Assembly (NCBI GenBank): GCA_016187335.1
Contig: JACPJW010000001.1
Coordinates: 320,001 to 384,000 of the forward strand
From: Candidatus Aenigmatarchaeota archaeon
Lineage (GTDB): Archaea > Aenigmatarchaeota > Aenigmatarchaeia > GW2011-AR5
Direction of reading: 5' to 3'
DNA length: 64,000 nucleotides
Positions within the stretch are counted from its first letter, which is position 1; every line of letters starts with the position of its first letter. The position numbers were made by a program, and so were the translations under genes. Below are positions 37,398 through 46,869 of this stretch, one piece after another. The notes below the pieces were generated by a model. The model saw only the letters and a program-made list of their open reading frames with translations, searched no databases and was not told the origin of the DNA.

Positions 37398-38025
37398 TTA
37401 CACCACACCCCTTAAACCCAAATCAGAAACAAACCACAGTAAATTCGCGGTTTGTTTCACATCCATTTCATATGGAAGTTCTTTTATTATTAACATCGTC
37501 GTTTATAAGTATTGTTGCAGAAGAAATATAGGTTTGACAAAATATATTTTCTAAAAATCTATACATACCCCTTCATTTCTCATGGAAACCCCCATATAAA
37601 ATATATTGATAACATCGTTATAAGAAAGAAAGGTATGTGTCATTTCCAATTTTTTCCTAAATTTTAGTATTTCCACACGAAACGCCTCCATGAGAAACTA
37701 TGGAGTAGGTAACCTCACCTTCTTTTGGAAGTTTCACAAACAAATTATAACACAGTTATACGAGTGGAAATGTAGTTTAACTAACACGATTTTAACAACA
37801 CAGTAAGGGACGACACCAGAAGAAATAAAGTCTTTATGCACTTCATATTTTTTGGGGTTTTAGGTATTTTTTGAACATCGTTTGAAATATAATTTTATTA
37901 CTTAAAAATAAGTAAATTTCAAAATTTCTATGCTTTAGTAGGATAATTATATTTTGCATGGTTTTTATGTCAACTGCTTCAAGTAGAGTTTCAAGCGGAA
38001 CTTCTATTATTTTGCACAATGTTAA
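37398..38025. other. Replication origin (oriC) candidate
   Basis: 628-bp AT-rich non-coding region upstream of cdc6. TTCCA-N3-GAAA mini-ORB-like boxes at 37466(-), 37576(-), 37671(+), 37686(+, CTCCA); weaker copies at 37719, 37757, 37989. AT-rich tract at about 37886-37930. Confidence 0.8.
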
Positions 38026-38418
38026 TTATTCAGCCAGCTCAAACTTCACGCCGTAGAGAATCAGACCGCTTTCGTCTTCTTCCGTGTGCTTCCTGAAAAC
38101 CGCCCTGACGCGTTTCCCTATCTCCAGCCCTTCGTCATCAACGATTTCAGCAGCTATCATGGGGCCCTCGTCTAACCTTATCAAGGCTACATTGTAAGGC
38201 CCGTTAAAACCGGCAGGGCCGACATGAATTCTGGTATAACTCTCTATTTTACCGGAGCCGCTGAACTGCACAGGAGCAAGGCTTGCTGAGCTGCACCCAG
38301 GGCATACGCTGCGCCCCGGGAACTGGTTTTCGCCGCAGCCGTTGCACTTTGTGCCTATTAACGAGTACTTGCCTTTCCTGATTCTCCAGTGCATCGGTAC
38401 GGATGAACGGTGCGGCAT
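38026..38418 (-). CDS. DUF35 Zn-ribbon/OB-fold protein (thiolase-HMGS scaffold)
   Basis: CNGC..FPGRSVCPGC, GKIESYT; downstream of the thiolase. Confidence 0.9.
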   Translation of the reverse strand: MPHRSSVPMHWRIRKGKYSLIGTKCNGCGENQFPGRSVCPGCSSASLAPVQFSGSGKIESYTRIHVGPAGFNGPYNVALIRLDEGPMIAAEIVDDEGLEIGKRVRAVFRKHTEEDESGLILYGVKFELAE

Positions 38419-38431
38419 ATTAATTAATCAC

Positions 38432-38713
38432 CTATAACTCCATGTGGACAAGCCCGTCAGCAGAGAGGGACATAGGAATACGATAAGTAGCCGGATGTCT
38501 AATCCCCATAGTTTCACACATTCTGTATATTTTACTCAAATCTTTGCTGATTGCAACGTACATTCTACTACCATTTGCTTTGATCCCTACCCAATATCCA
38601 GGAAAAGCATCTCTAAGGAAAGCATCATGAAAACTAAGCCAAGTAAATTCTTTCCCATCTTCGCTGGCAGATACCGGCCTTTCGGGTGTTGTTATAAAAA
38701 CCATTCTATGCAC
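38432..38713 (-). CDS. Small hypothetical protein, DUF5678-like
   Basis: FPGYWVGI..VAISKDL pattern; overlaps the thiolase stop. Confidence 0.5.
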   Translation of the reverse strand: MHRMVFITTPERPVSASEDGKEFTWLSFHDAFLRDAFPGYWVGIKANGSRMYVAISKDLSKIYRMCETMGIRHPATYRIPMSLSADGLVHMEL

Positions 38714-39872
38714 CTTTCAATTCATTGCCCAAAATATTCACGACGGCCGTCGCTCCCGAGCCGCCGACGTTCAGGTTCATGCCTGTTTTTGCTCCCTTTA
38801 TCTGGTTGATGGAATCGCCGCGCAGCTGCCTTACAATATCGCATATCTGCCTCACGCCCGTGGCTCCTACCGGATGGCCTATTGACTTCAATCCGCCCGT
38901 AGTGTTTACAGGTATTTCTCCGTCCAAAGCAGCAGCGCCGCTTTCAACGAATTTTCCGCCCCTGCCAGGCTCGCAGAAGCCTAAAGCCTCCAAAGAAATT
39001 ATCTCATTTATCGAAAAGCAGTCATGTACCTCGGCGACGTCCATGTGCTTCGCCGACAGACCCGTCTTTTCATAAGCTTTCTTCGCTGCCATCTTCGCCG
39101 CCTGCATTTCCACGATGCTTTTTCGGTCATGAAGCGCAACGGCGTCGTTTGCCTGCTCGCTTGCCAGTATCCATACAGGATTTTCAAATTGCTTGGCCAG
39201 CTTATCGCTCACGAGCAGGGCAGCCGCGGCACCGTCGGTTATAGGCGAGCAGTCCAGCAGGCGAAGCGGGTCAGCCACAACCGAAGAATTCAAGACATCT
39301 TCCAGCGTCACGGCCATATTGAACTGCGCGTAAGGATTGTTTTTTCCGTTGGAGTGGTTCTGGACCGAAACCATTGCTAATTGCTCCCTTGTTGTCCCGA
39401 ATTTATGCATGTGCGCCCTTGCCATCAGCGCGTACAAGCCGGCGAAAGTCAGGCCGATTCCTGCCTCCCATTCCTGGTCGCCTGCAGCGGCCAGGGTCAT
39501 TGACACTTCATCGTTAGCGAGGTCCGTCATCTTTTCAACGCCAACAACAAGCGCGGCATCGGCATTTCCGGATTTTATATCAAGGTACGCCGAACGCAAA
39601 GCCACGCTTCCTGATGCGCACGCAGCCTCGCATCTTACGGCAGGGATATGCGGAATACCTAGGTTGTCGGCAATAAGCGCACCCAGATGCTCCTGGCCGA
39701 GAAAGCGGCCTGCGGACATGTTTCCGATGTAAAGCGACTGGACAATGCCGGCTTCGGCTTTAGCGTCGCCAAGCGCGGCAGCCGCGGCTTTAACGCCCAG
39801 GTCACGGAGCGAGTGTTCCCAGAGCTCGCCGAACTTCGTCTGCCCGACGCCCACAACAGCTACGTTGGTCAT
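38706..39872 (-). CDS. Acetyl-CoA acetyltransferase (archaeal thiolase)
   Basis: EAACASG, GVEKMTD, CSPITDG, EVHDCF, GHPVGATG, NVGG. Confidence 0.95.
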   Translation of the reverse strand: MTNVAVVGVGQTKFGELWEHSLRDLGVKAAAAALGDAKAEAGIVQSLYIGNMSAGRFLGQEHLGALIADNLGIPHIPAVRCEAACASGSVALRSAYLDIKSGNADAALVVGVEKMTDLANDEVSMTLAAAGDQEWEAGIGLTFAGLYALMARAHMHKFGTTREQLAMVSVQNHSNGKNNPYAQFNMAVTLEDVLNSSVVADPLRLLDCSPITDGAAAALLVSDKLAKQFENPVWILASEQANDAVALHDRKSIVEMQAAKMAAKKAYEKTGLSAKHMDVAEVHDCFSINEIISLEALGFCEPGRGGKFVESGAAALDGEIPVNTTGGLKSIGHPVGATGVRQICDIVRQLRGDSINQIKGAKTGMNLNVGGSGATAVVNILGNELKGA

Positions 39873-39874
39873 GA

Positions 39875-40105
39875 TTAAGACACCATTCTTCTGAAATAAT
39901 CAAGTAAAACACGAATCCGGGTTCTCCGAGGGATTGTATATCTTACATCTATTTCATCGTTGAAAGACCCGTCAGGATTCAGATAAACGCTGTAAGTTAC
40001 GCCGAATCCACCGTAATTATAAGTCCGTTTCTCGCAGCATCTCCCAGAACTTATCACAGTTGTATCACGACTGCCTAATACACGCGCAAGTTTTTCTTTT
40101 GCCAT
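39875..40105 (-). CDS. Hypothetical protein (76 aa)
   Basis: Fits exactly between the HMGS stop and the thiolase start (3-nt and 2-nt gaps). Confidence 0.6.
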   Translation of the reverse strand: MAKEKLARVLGSRDTTVISSGRCCEKRTYNYGGFGVTYSVYLNPDGSFNDEIDVRYTIPRRTRIRVLLDYFRRMVS

Positions 40106-40108
40106 TTA

Positions 40109-41155
40109 TCACACCTTCAGCTTGCCGCGCATCTTGACGTAAGACCCGTAGTCAATGTATTTTTTCCTGTTTATGTAAAAATCGGTTTTAGGCGCGAGCT
40201 CGCGGGCTTCCAGAATTCTTTCTGTCACCAGCAGCGAAAAAGCGTCGCTTCCTGCCCCGCTGCCGAACGAAGTGAGCAGTATGCGCTGCCCCGGCTGGGC
40301 GGCGTCAAGCACGGCGCACAAGCCTAGCAGCGAAGAGCCCGAATAAGTATTGCCGATTTTTTCAACAACAAGCGATTGCAAAAGTTTTTGCTGATCAAAG
40401 CCAAGGGCTTTTGCAGCTTCCTTTGGAAATTTCCCGTTGGGCATATGAAAAACAAAATAATCAAAATCATCCTTGGTCATGTTTAGCTTTTTCAGAAGCC
40501 CCTTCGCGGCGCTTATCGTGTGATGAAAATATGCAGGCTTCCCCGTGAAGCGTGCGCCGTGCCTCGGATAATCTTCCCCTTCCCTGCGCCAGAAATCCGG
40601 AGTGTCTGTCGTGTAAGAAAACGTCCCTTCAATAACAGCCAAAGGATTTCTTCCCACAACAAAAGCTGCTCCTCCGCTTGCTGCTGTATACTCCAGGGCA
40701 TCGCCGGGTCTTCCCTGCGCCGTATCAGCGCCTATAGCAAGGCCGTATTCTATGTCACCGGCCCTGACCAGAGCTGAGCAGCATTGTACTCCGGCAGTCC
40801 CGGCCTTGCACGCGAATTCAAAATCCGCCACCATGACCTCGGGCGTGATGCCTAAAGCCTCGGAAACAACGGTTCCCGACGGCTTCACGGCGTATGGATG
40901 GCTTTCCGAGCCGATAAAAACCGCGCCTATTTTTTCCGCGGATATTCCGGCCCTCGCTATCGCATTTTTGGCGGCTTCAACGCTGATGGTGATCGTATCC
41001 TCGTCTTCGTCGGCAACAGCCTTCTCATGCACGGCAAGGCTTTTTCTTATGACATCAGGGTTCTGGTTCCACACCTTTGCAATTTCCTCCACAGTTATGC
41101 GGAAGCGCGGTATGTAAGCGCCGTAACCGACAATGCCGACGGAATTATTGTTCAT
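40109..41155 (-). CDS. mvaS: Hydroxymethylglutaryl-CoA synthase
   Basis: [41 protein letters not shown]. Start at MNNNS. Confidence 0.95.
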   Translation of the reverse strand: MNNNSVGIVGYGAYIPRFRITVEEIAKVWNQNPDVIRKSLAVHEKAVADEDEDTITISVEAAKNAIARAGISAEKIGAVFIGSESHPYAVKPSGTVVSEALGITPEVMVADFEFACKAGTAGVQCCSALVRAGDIEYGLAIGADTAQGRPGDALEYTAASGGAAFVVGRNPLAVIEGTFSYTTDTPDFWRREGEDYPRHGARFTGKPAYFHHTISAAKGLLKKLNMTKDDFDYFVFHMPNGKFPKEAAKALGFDQQKLLQSLVVEKIGNTYSGSSLLGLCAVLDAAQPGQRILLTSFGSGAGSDAFSLLVTERILEARELAPKTDFYINRKKYIDYGSYVKMRGKLKV

Positions 41156-41178
41156 CCAAACCACGAACCTCTTTTGAT

Positions 41179-41206
41179 TTTTGATGCAACTTTTTGTAAA
41201 AGTTGC
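41179..41206 (+). repeat. 28-bp dispersed palindromic element, copy 2
   Basis: TTTTGAT-GCAACTTTT-TGT-AAAAGTTGC. Confidence 0.85.
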
Positions 41207-41350
41207 TTGGAGTAGCAAAGTTTGTTCATAGGAATGTGTTCTCCTCGTTACGTATTAAAAACTGCTGCATGACAGGCCGAATGCGCGGAATATACGCTAT
41301 AAGTCACTAAATAGAAAGCATCTTTTTATCTTGGCAGTGGAATTATAATC

Positions 41351-42154
41351 ATGGTTTTGGAGTCCATAATCAACCCGAAAAACGCAGAAGACAAGCCGCA
41401 CCACATTTTCATAATCGCGTTTCTCTATACGATTGCGTCAGCAGTTGTTTCGCAGAAAATATTTCCGAACAGCGCCTCGATTCTTACGGTATCATTCGTG
41501 ACGATACTTTTCGTTCCGTTCTTCCAGAAATTGTTTTCAATAGAAGAAGAAAAGGAAAAAGGGGCCTCGGCAAAGACAATTAACCTGTTCGTCCGGCACA
41601 AGGAAATTTTTTATGTTTTCAGCACGTTTTTCCTTGGCGTCGTCGTGGCCATGACGTTCATGTACATTTTCATGCCATCGCAGCAGCTTTTTTCCGCGCA
41701 GTCAGAAACCATCAGGAATTTCGGCACAGGAAAGCTGACAGACAGCGGCGAGTTCTCGCGGTTTTTCCTTAATAACACGCAGGTGATGATTGCGATGTTC
41801 TTCCTCTCCTTTGCCTTCGGAGCGGGCGCGGTGTTTATTTTGGCGTGGAATGCTTCCGTAATAGCCCTGTATCTCGGGCTGTTTATACAGTCGTCTGTCT
41901 CAAAGGGCGTAGGAACGACTGTTGCCTTTATTTACGGCGTTCCGGTAGGCCTGGGCACGCTGGCTCTTCACGGAATTCCAGAAGTGTCCGCGTATTTCAT
42001 CGCAGGACTCGCCGGAGGGCTCTTGTCCGTGGGCATCATCAGGGAAAAAATTCAAAGCAAAGAGTTCCGCCTCATCCTGAAGGATTCGCTGCTGCTCCTG
42101 ATACTAGCGGAATTTTTGATTTCAGTAGGTGCCTACATAGAAGCGGCGGTTTGA
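41351..42154 (+). CDS. SpoIIM/DUF95 family membrane protein
   Basis: FLNNTQV, ILAWNAS, LHGIPEV.AY..AG.AGG. Confidence 0.85.
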   Translation: MVLESIINPKNAEDKPHHIFIIAFLYTIASAVVSQKIFPNSASILTVSFVTILFVPFFQKLFSIEEEKEKGASAKTINLFVRHKEIFYVFSTFFLGVVVAMTFMYIFMPSQQLFSAQSETIRNFGTGKLTDSGEFSRFFLNNTQVMIAMFFLSFAFGAGAVFILAWNASVIALYLGLFIQSSVSKGVGTTVAFIYGVPVGLGTLALHGIPEVSAYFIAGLAGGLLSVGIIREKIQSKEFRLILKDSLLLLILAEFLISVGAYIEAAV

Positions 42155-42155
42155 T

Positions 42156-42605
42156 TCATTCTGAAATGTCCGCAATAATTCCGTCCCATATTTCCTTCAA
42201 TTTTTCAGTTTTCAGTTCAATGCCTATTTCTGCTTTGCCGCTGCCGATATTTACGGTTTTGTTTTTGAAGACGCCTTTATCCATGATCTTTTCTGCTTTA
42301 TTTTTAATGCAAAAAGGAGTGACGCCGCCGACGCTGTAACCGGTTATTCTTAAGACCTCGTCGGGTTTAGCGATTCTCAGGTTGTTTTGTTTTGTAATTT
42401 CATTCAGTTTGCTGAGGCTTGCTTTTCTATCGCCAGGCAAAACGGCAATTACAGGATTATCCCCGACAAAAACAAGTGTTTTGAGGACTTGCTGAAGAGG
42501 GCATCCGTAAAGCCTTTCAACATCCCGAGTGGTCTTCGGAATTTCGCTTAAATGAATGATTCTGAATTCTGCATTCATGTTTTTCAGGTATTCTATACTT
42601 TCCAT
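42156..42605 (-). CDS. ybaK: YbaK/EbsC aminoacyl-tRNA deacylase
   Basis: VLKTLV, TGYSVGGVTPF, GSG. Start at MESIEY. Confidence 0.88.
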   Translation of the reverse strand: MESIEYLKNMNAEFRIIHLSEIPKTTRDVERLYGCPLQQVLKTLVFVGDNPVIAVLPGDRKASLSKLNEITKQNNLRIAKPDEVLRITGYSVGGVTPFCIKNKAEKIMDKGVFKNKTVNIGSGKAEIGIELKTEKLKEIWDGIIADISE

Positions 42606-42609
42606 TTTA

Positions 42610-43875
42610 TCATCTTTTCCTTCCGGCCCTTCTGTATATTTTAACAAGTTCCATAGCACGGGAAACGGAAATATTGCTTTCCTGTATCATCCTTGAAGCT
42701 ATTTCATACACGTTGTTTCCAGCGGCTCCCGCCATTATTGCGATATTTTTTGCATGCAGTTTCATATGGCCTTTCTGTATGCCTTCCTTTATCATTGCCC
42801 GGAGAGCGGCGAAGTTGTTTGCCAGACCCGTGCATGCAGCTATTTCCGCGAGTTCCTTTGATGATTTGACGCCGAGTATTTTCAGCGATATGCGCGCTAT
42901 GGGGTTGGTTTTTGTCGCGCCGCCAACAAGCCCCACGGCCAGCGGAAGCTCTATGCTGCCGACAAGGTTTCCTTTCTTGTCCTTCTCGTATTTTGTCAGG
43001 GGTTTGTAGCCATTAAGGGCAGCGTAGGCGTGGGCACCTGCTTCAGCCGCGCGGAAATCGTTGCCTGTAGCTACAAGCACTGCGTCTATGCCGTTCATAA
43101 CCCCCTTGTTGTTCGTGGCGCACCTGAACGGGTCATTTAGTGCAAAGTGATAAGCGTCAAGAATCCCCTCGATGACATCCTCGCCCAGATCTTCCTTCCT
43201 CCATACAGCAGTTGCCCTGGCTTTTCTGTAAACAGCCAGGTTGGAAATTATCCTGAGTCTCGCTCTGGCACCCGTTATTTCTTCCAGATACGGCGACAAG
43301 GTTTCGCATATCGTATTTACGCTGTTTGCTCCCATCGCGTCCCTTACGTCAACAAGAACGTGGACTATAGCCATGACGCCCCTTTCAGTTTCAACCTTCC
43401 GTACTTCTATGTCTTTGGCGCCGCCGCCTAATGTAAGCATCACAGAGTCTTTGTTGTTGGCTGCCTTGAGTATATAATCCCGTTTGGACATTATAATGTC
43501 CTTGACCTTTTCAAAATCCCTGACGCCGACAAGCTGTATCTGGCCTATCATAACGGGGTCGTCGCTTTCAGCTTTGAAACCTGAAGGCAATGCCAGCTTT
43601 GCGGCGTGTGATGCCGCAGCGACAACAGAAGGCTCCTCTGTGCACATGGGAATTAAATAGTCCCTGCCGTTCACGCGGAAATTAACGGCTATACCCATGG
43701 GAGTGTGCATGACGCCTATGACGTTTTCAATCATTATGTCTGCTATCTCGATATCCAGCGACCCGGAATTTACCAGGTCGTTCACTTCCCTTGTACTCAG
43801 GCCCGTGGCTTTTTTCAGGATAGCCAGACGTTCATTTAAGCCCAGTTTGTGGAATCCGGAAAAATCAGTCTTCAC
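42610..43875 (-). CDS. mvaA: HMG-CoA reductase, class II
   Basis: IENVIG, TEEPSVVAAAS, DAMGANSVN, TNNKGVMNG, GIQKGHMKLH. Confidence 0.93.
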   Translation of the reverse strand: MKTDFSGFHKLGLNERLAILKKATGLSTREVNDLVNSGSLDIEIADIMIENVIGVMHTPMGIAVNFRVNGRDYLIPMCTEEPSVVAAASHAAKLALPSGFKAESDDPVMIGQIQLVGVRDFEKVKDIIMSKRDYILKAANNKDSVMLTLGGGAKDIEVRKVETERGVMAIVHVLVDVRDAMGANSVNTICETLSPYLEEITGARARLRIISNLAVYRKARATAVWRKEDLGEDVIEGILDAYHFALNDPFRCATNNKGVMNGIDAVLVATGNDFRAAEAGAHAYAALNGYKPLTKYEKDKKGNLVGSIELPLAVGLVGGATKTNPIARISLKILGVKSSKELAEIAACTGLANNFAALRAMIKEGIQKGHMKLHAKNIAIMAGAAGNNVYEIASRMIQESNISVSRAMELVKIYRRAGRKR

Positions 43876-43926
43876 GAAAACACCAAAAGCAAAAACAATT
43901 TTGCAGATAACTTTTAAAAACGAATT

Positions 43927-44307
43927 CTACGTAAAAATTCTTTCTATTGCAACGCCCCTTTCTTCTACGAACTTCTTGCCGACGTTCCCATTGTTCCCCA
44001 TGACATCGGCAAGCGCAAGGAAAGACCAGCCTTTGCGGGAAATTTTGCAGCCTATGTAGGCCTTCGCAGAAGCCTTGTCCTCCCATTCCTTCAGTTCCTG
44101 CAGCTGCTCCGCAGCTATTTTGAACCCCTTGGCGCGCGACTTGCATTCTATGACGATAAGGCGGCCGTTTTTCGCAGCTATTACGTCAGGAGAAGCCAGA
44201 TTAATCCGGCCGCTTCTTGGAGTCCTCACGACCATGTAGCCCATCTTGGACAGCGTATGAACCAGGCTCCGCTCTGCGCGGTAACCTTTCTCGTAGCTTC
44301 TTATCAT
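43927..44307 (-). CDS. hjc: Holliday junction resolvase
   Basis: KGYRAER, RSG, PDVIA, IECK. Start at MIRSY. Confidence 0.9.
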   Translation of the reverse strand: MIRSYEKGYRAERSLVHTLSKMGYMVVRTPRSGRINLASPDVIAAKNGRLIVIECKSRAKGFKIAAEQLQELKEWEDKASAKAYIGCKISRKGWSFLALADVMGNNGNVGKKFVEERGVAIERIFT

Positions 44308-44383
44308 ATGCTTAATTTCGTCCAGAACTATAAATGCTTTGGCACTCAAAATAACCATAGATGCAGAGGAAGAAGGCGTTTTT

Positions 44384-44908
44384 ATGAAATACAATGTCCT
44401 TGCCGGCGAAGTGATGAAGAAGGATGTCAAGTCAGTTGACATAAACGACACGGTTGAGAAAGCGGCGCGGATGATGAAGGAAAACAGGATAGGCTCCGTC
44501 GTTGTAATGGGAGAGAAGCACGTGAAGGGCATTGTGACGGCCAGGGATATCGTTCACAAATATGTCGCCGATAAAAAGGGCGACACGGTCAAGGATATTA
44601 TGACCACGGACCTTGTGAAAATACCGCCGGGCATGACAATAGAGGAGGCGTCGCGCCTGATGGTTTCCAAGGGCATTGAAAAGCTGCTTGTTTTTGACAA
44701 GGAACGGTTCCTGGGTATCATAACGTCTTCAGACATTTTAAAAATAGAGCCTGCGCTGGTTGAAATTCTTCTTGAAAGGATGAAGGCCGGAGGCAGGCAG
44801 AGCAAAGAAGAGGAAGTCGGCCTCATCGAGTGCGAGAACTGCGGCAACTACACCGACGACGCGGAAGAGGTTGACGGCGTATACATGTGCAGCGAGTGCA
44901 GGGAATGA
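44384..44908 (+). CDS. CBS-domain protein with C-terminal Zn ribbon
   Basis: Two CBS repeats; CENCG..MCSEC. Confidence 0.88.
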   Translation: MKYNVLAGEVMKKDVKSVDINDTVEKAARMMKENRIGSVVVMGEKHVKGIVTARDIVHKYVADKKGDTVKDIMTTDLVKIPPGMTIEEASRLMVSKGIEKLLVFDKERFLGIITSSDILKIEPALVEILLERMKAGGRQSKEEEVGLIECENCGNYTDDAEEVDGVYMCSECRE

Positions 44909-45009
44909 TTAACAGGATTACAAAAATAAAAGTTAAAATGCCAACCTATGGCTTCAAAGCCCGCTACAAGTTCATAAGATGCCCTGAATGTAACGAGGTG
45001 CAGAAGTAA
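44905..45009 (+). CDS. 34-aa micro-ORF with CxxC
   Basis: MINRITKIKVKMPTYGFKARYKFIRCPECNEVQK; ATGA overlap upstream and TAATG overlap downstream. Confidence 0.35.
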   Translation: MINRITKIKVKMPTYGFKARYKFIRCPECNEVQK

Positions 45010-45677
45010 TGATAGAGTGGATTATTTTTGGGATTATCTTACTTATACTTGGTTTCTTTATAGGAAAATATATCACAGAACAGCAGAAATGGGCAACAAA
45101 AAAAGCTCAGTTAGAACAGAAACATCAGATGGAAACATCAGAATTGCAAAAAAATATGCTGTCACAAGAAAAACGTTTTACAGAACAGATGAAAGATTTG
45201 CAATTACAACATCAAAACTATATAACTGATTTGGATAACAGATATGTTGCTTTGATAAGACAATTTAGAAAGGATGCTGTTTTGAGGTCAAGAAATACAC
45301 TAATGGGAAAACTATGGGAGCATGTGGCACCATATCTGCCAAAATTCAAATACCATCCATCTGATATGAAGTTTATTGGTTCTCCTATAGATTACATAAT
45401 TTTTGATGGCATGAATGAAAAAGACATAAAGCGAGTTATTTTTCTTGAGGTAAAATCAGCTAATAGTAAACTAAATGCACAAGAAAAGAAGCTTAGAGAT
45501 GCGATAATTAACAAAAGGGTCAAATGGGAAGAGTTTAGAATTGAAGATATAACATCTACAAGCGTTATAGAAAATAAGGACTTCGACAAACAGATGCAGA
45601 TACAACTTGATACAATTAAAAAACAGATGGAAGAAACGGATGATGAAGAAAGGTATAATGAGGTGCAGAAAACATGA
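45009..45677 (+). CDS. Membrane-anchored PD-(D/E)XK nuclease (Endonuc_Holl family)
   Basis: N-terminal TM, coiled coil, SRNTLMGKLWEHVAP, FIGSPIDYIIF, FLEVKS. Confidence 0.85.
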   Translation: MIEWIIFGIILLILGFFIGKYITEQQKWATKKAQLEQKHQMETSELQKNMLSQEKRFTEQMKDLQLQHQNYITDLDNRYVALIRQFRKDAVLRSRNTLMGKLWEHVAPYLPKFKYHPSDMKFIGSPIDYIIFDGMNEKDIKRVIFLEVKSANSKLNAQEKKLRDAIINKRVKWEEFRIEDITSTSVIENKDFDKQMQIQLDTIKKQMEETDDEERYNEVQKT

Positions 45678-45922
45678 AGGAAATGAGCATGGAAAAGGCA
45701 ATAGTTCAAGTGTTTATGGATAGCCCAACTAAGATATTTGCTGTTCAAGAAATTTATAGCGGTTTTCAAAAATATTATGAATTACGTGATTTTCAAAAAC
45801 AAAAAGACTCCTCAGGACAACTACGCTTTCATAATGCAGTAAGAAGTATTTTAGCCAGACTTGAGAAATCTGGAAAAGTAACTTATTTAGGAGACGATAT
45901 GAGGAAATTAGGTAAAAAATGA
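45674..45922 (+). CDS. Small winged-helix protein, Mrr N-terminal-like
   Basis: QEIY..F, GQLRFHNAVRSILARLEKSGKV; ATGA overlap. Confidence 0.6.
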   Translation: MKEMSMEKAIVQVFMDSPTKIFAVQEIYSGFQKYYELRDFQKQKDSSGQLRFHNAVRSILARLEKSGKVTYLGDDMRKLGKK

Positions 45923-45931
45923 GGTGATTTT

Positions 45932-46120
45932 ATGGCGACCAACAAGAATAAGCGTTCAAAACCGAAGCCGAGACATATAGACCTTTTCGGGACTCAATTT
46001 CTCATGCCAAAAGGGCAACGGAAAAAGTTGAATAAACAACGCCCTGAATTGAAGAATAAGCGACTAAATGCTTCGCATTTGACGAAATTAACTGAATCCC
46101 AGAAAAACCAAGAAGAATAA
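45932..46120 (+). CDS. Small basic hypothetical protein
   Basis: GAGGTGA RBS; K/R-rich 62 aa. Confidence 0.55.
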   Translation: MATNKNKRSKPKPRHIDLFGTQFLMPKGQRKKLNKQRPELKNKRLNASHLTKLTESQKNQEE

Positions 46121-46258
46121 ACTGCCTTTGCATTTTTTCAACAGAAACCCGAATATTTCAACAAAGCCTTTGGAAGATAATCTTTTTATTCCGCCCTTAC
46201 CAAAGCATTTTAGCAGTTCCTGATGCTGTGGAGGTATCGGAAGTGAGTTGTTCTGATT

Positions 46259-46693
46259 ATGGAAATCGAAGACACTGTTTTTTCAAAGGCGGCACTGATA
46301 AACACGCCTGACCCCTACACCCTTTCCCTGAGCATCCTGGAAAAGGCCATGTCGCTTGGCGATGTCGTTGAAAAGAAAAATATTTTCGAAACGGACGGGC
46401 CCATGAAAAAATTCATCACCGAATTTGACGTGATAAAGCATTATGATGATTACTCGCAGTCTAGGATAATGATAAGCATGAACGGCGAAAGCAACTCCAG
46501 GAGCTTCCTGGAAATAGGCATGAACGGCGTCACAAGGACAAAAATAGAAGAGGAAGGGTTCTTTTCATCGGTTTTCACGGAGTTTTATCTTGAGGGCATT
46601 TACCAGGATGTAACCAGGCGCGCCCGGGAAGAGGTCATAAAATCCGGCAAAGAGCTTGAAAAAAGCGTGGAACTGGCGTCCAAAGCAAAATAA
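46259..46693 (+). CDS. Hypothetical protein
   Basis: 144-aa ORF with host-like codon usage. Confidence 0.7.
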   Translation: MEIEDTVFSKAALINTPDPYTLSLSILEKAMSLGDVVEKKNIFETDGPMKKFITEFDVIKHYDDYSQSRIMISMNGESNSRSFLEIGMNGVTRTKIEEEGFFSSVFTEFYLEGIYQDVTRRAREEVIKSGKELEKSVELASKAK

Positions 46694-46869
46694 AGCGGTT
46701 TCTAAAGGCGCTTAAAGGTTTCTGGCAATACTTTTAGTCACAGGGTCAGAAAAGGTATGGTCAGGCTTTCACAAACATCAAAGATCAAATCATATTTATC
46801 TAGTAATTTATCTGTTAAATTGAGAGTCAGCCTCTTTTTCTGAGCCCTTGAAAAATCGGGGTGGTAATC

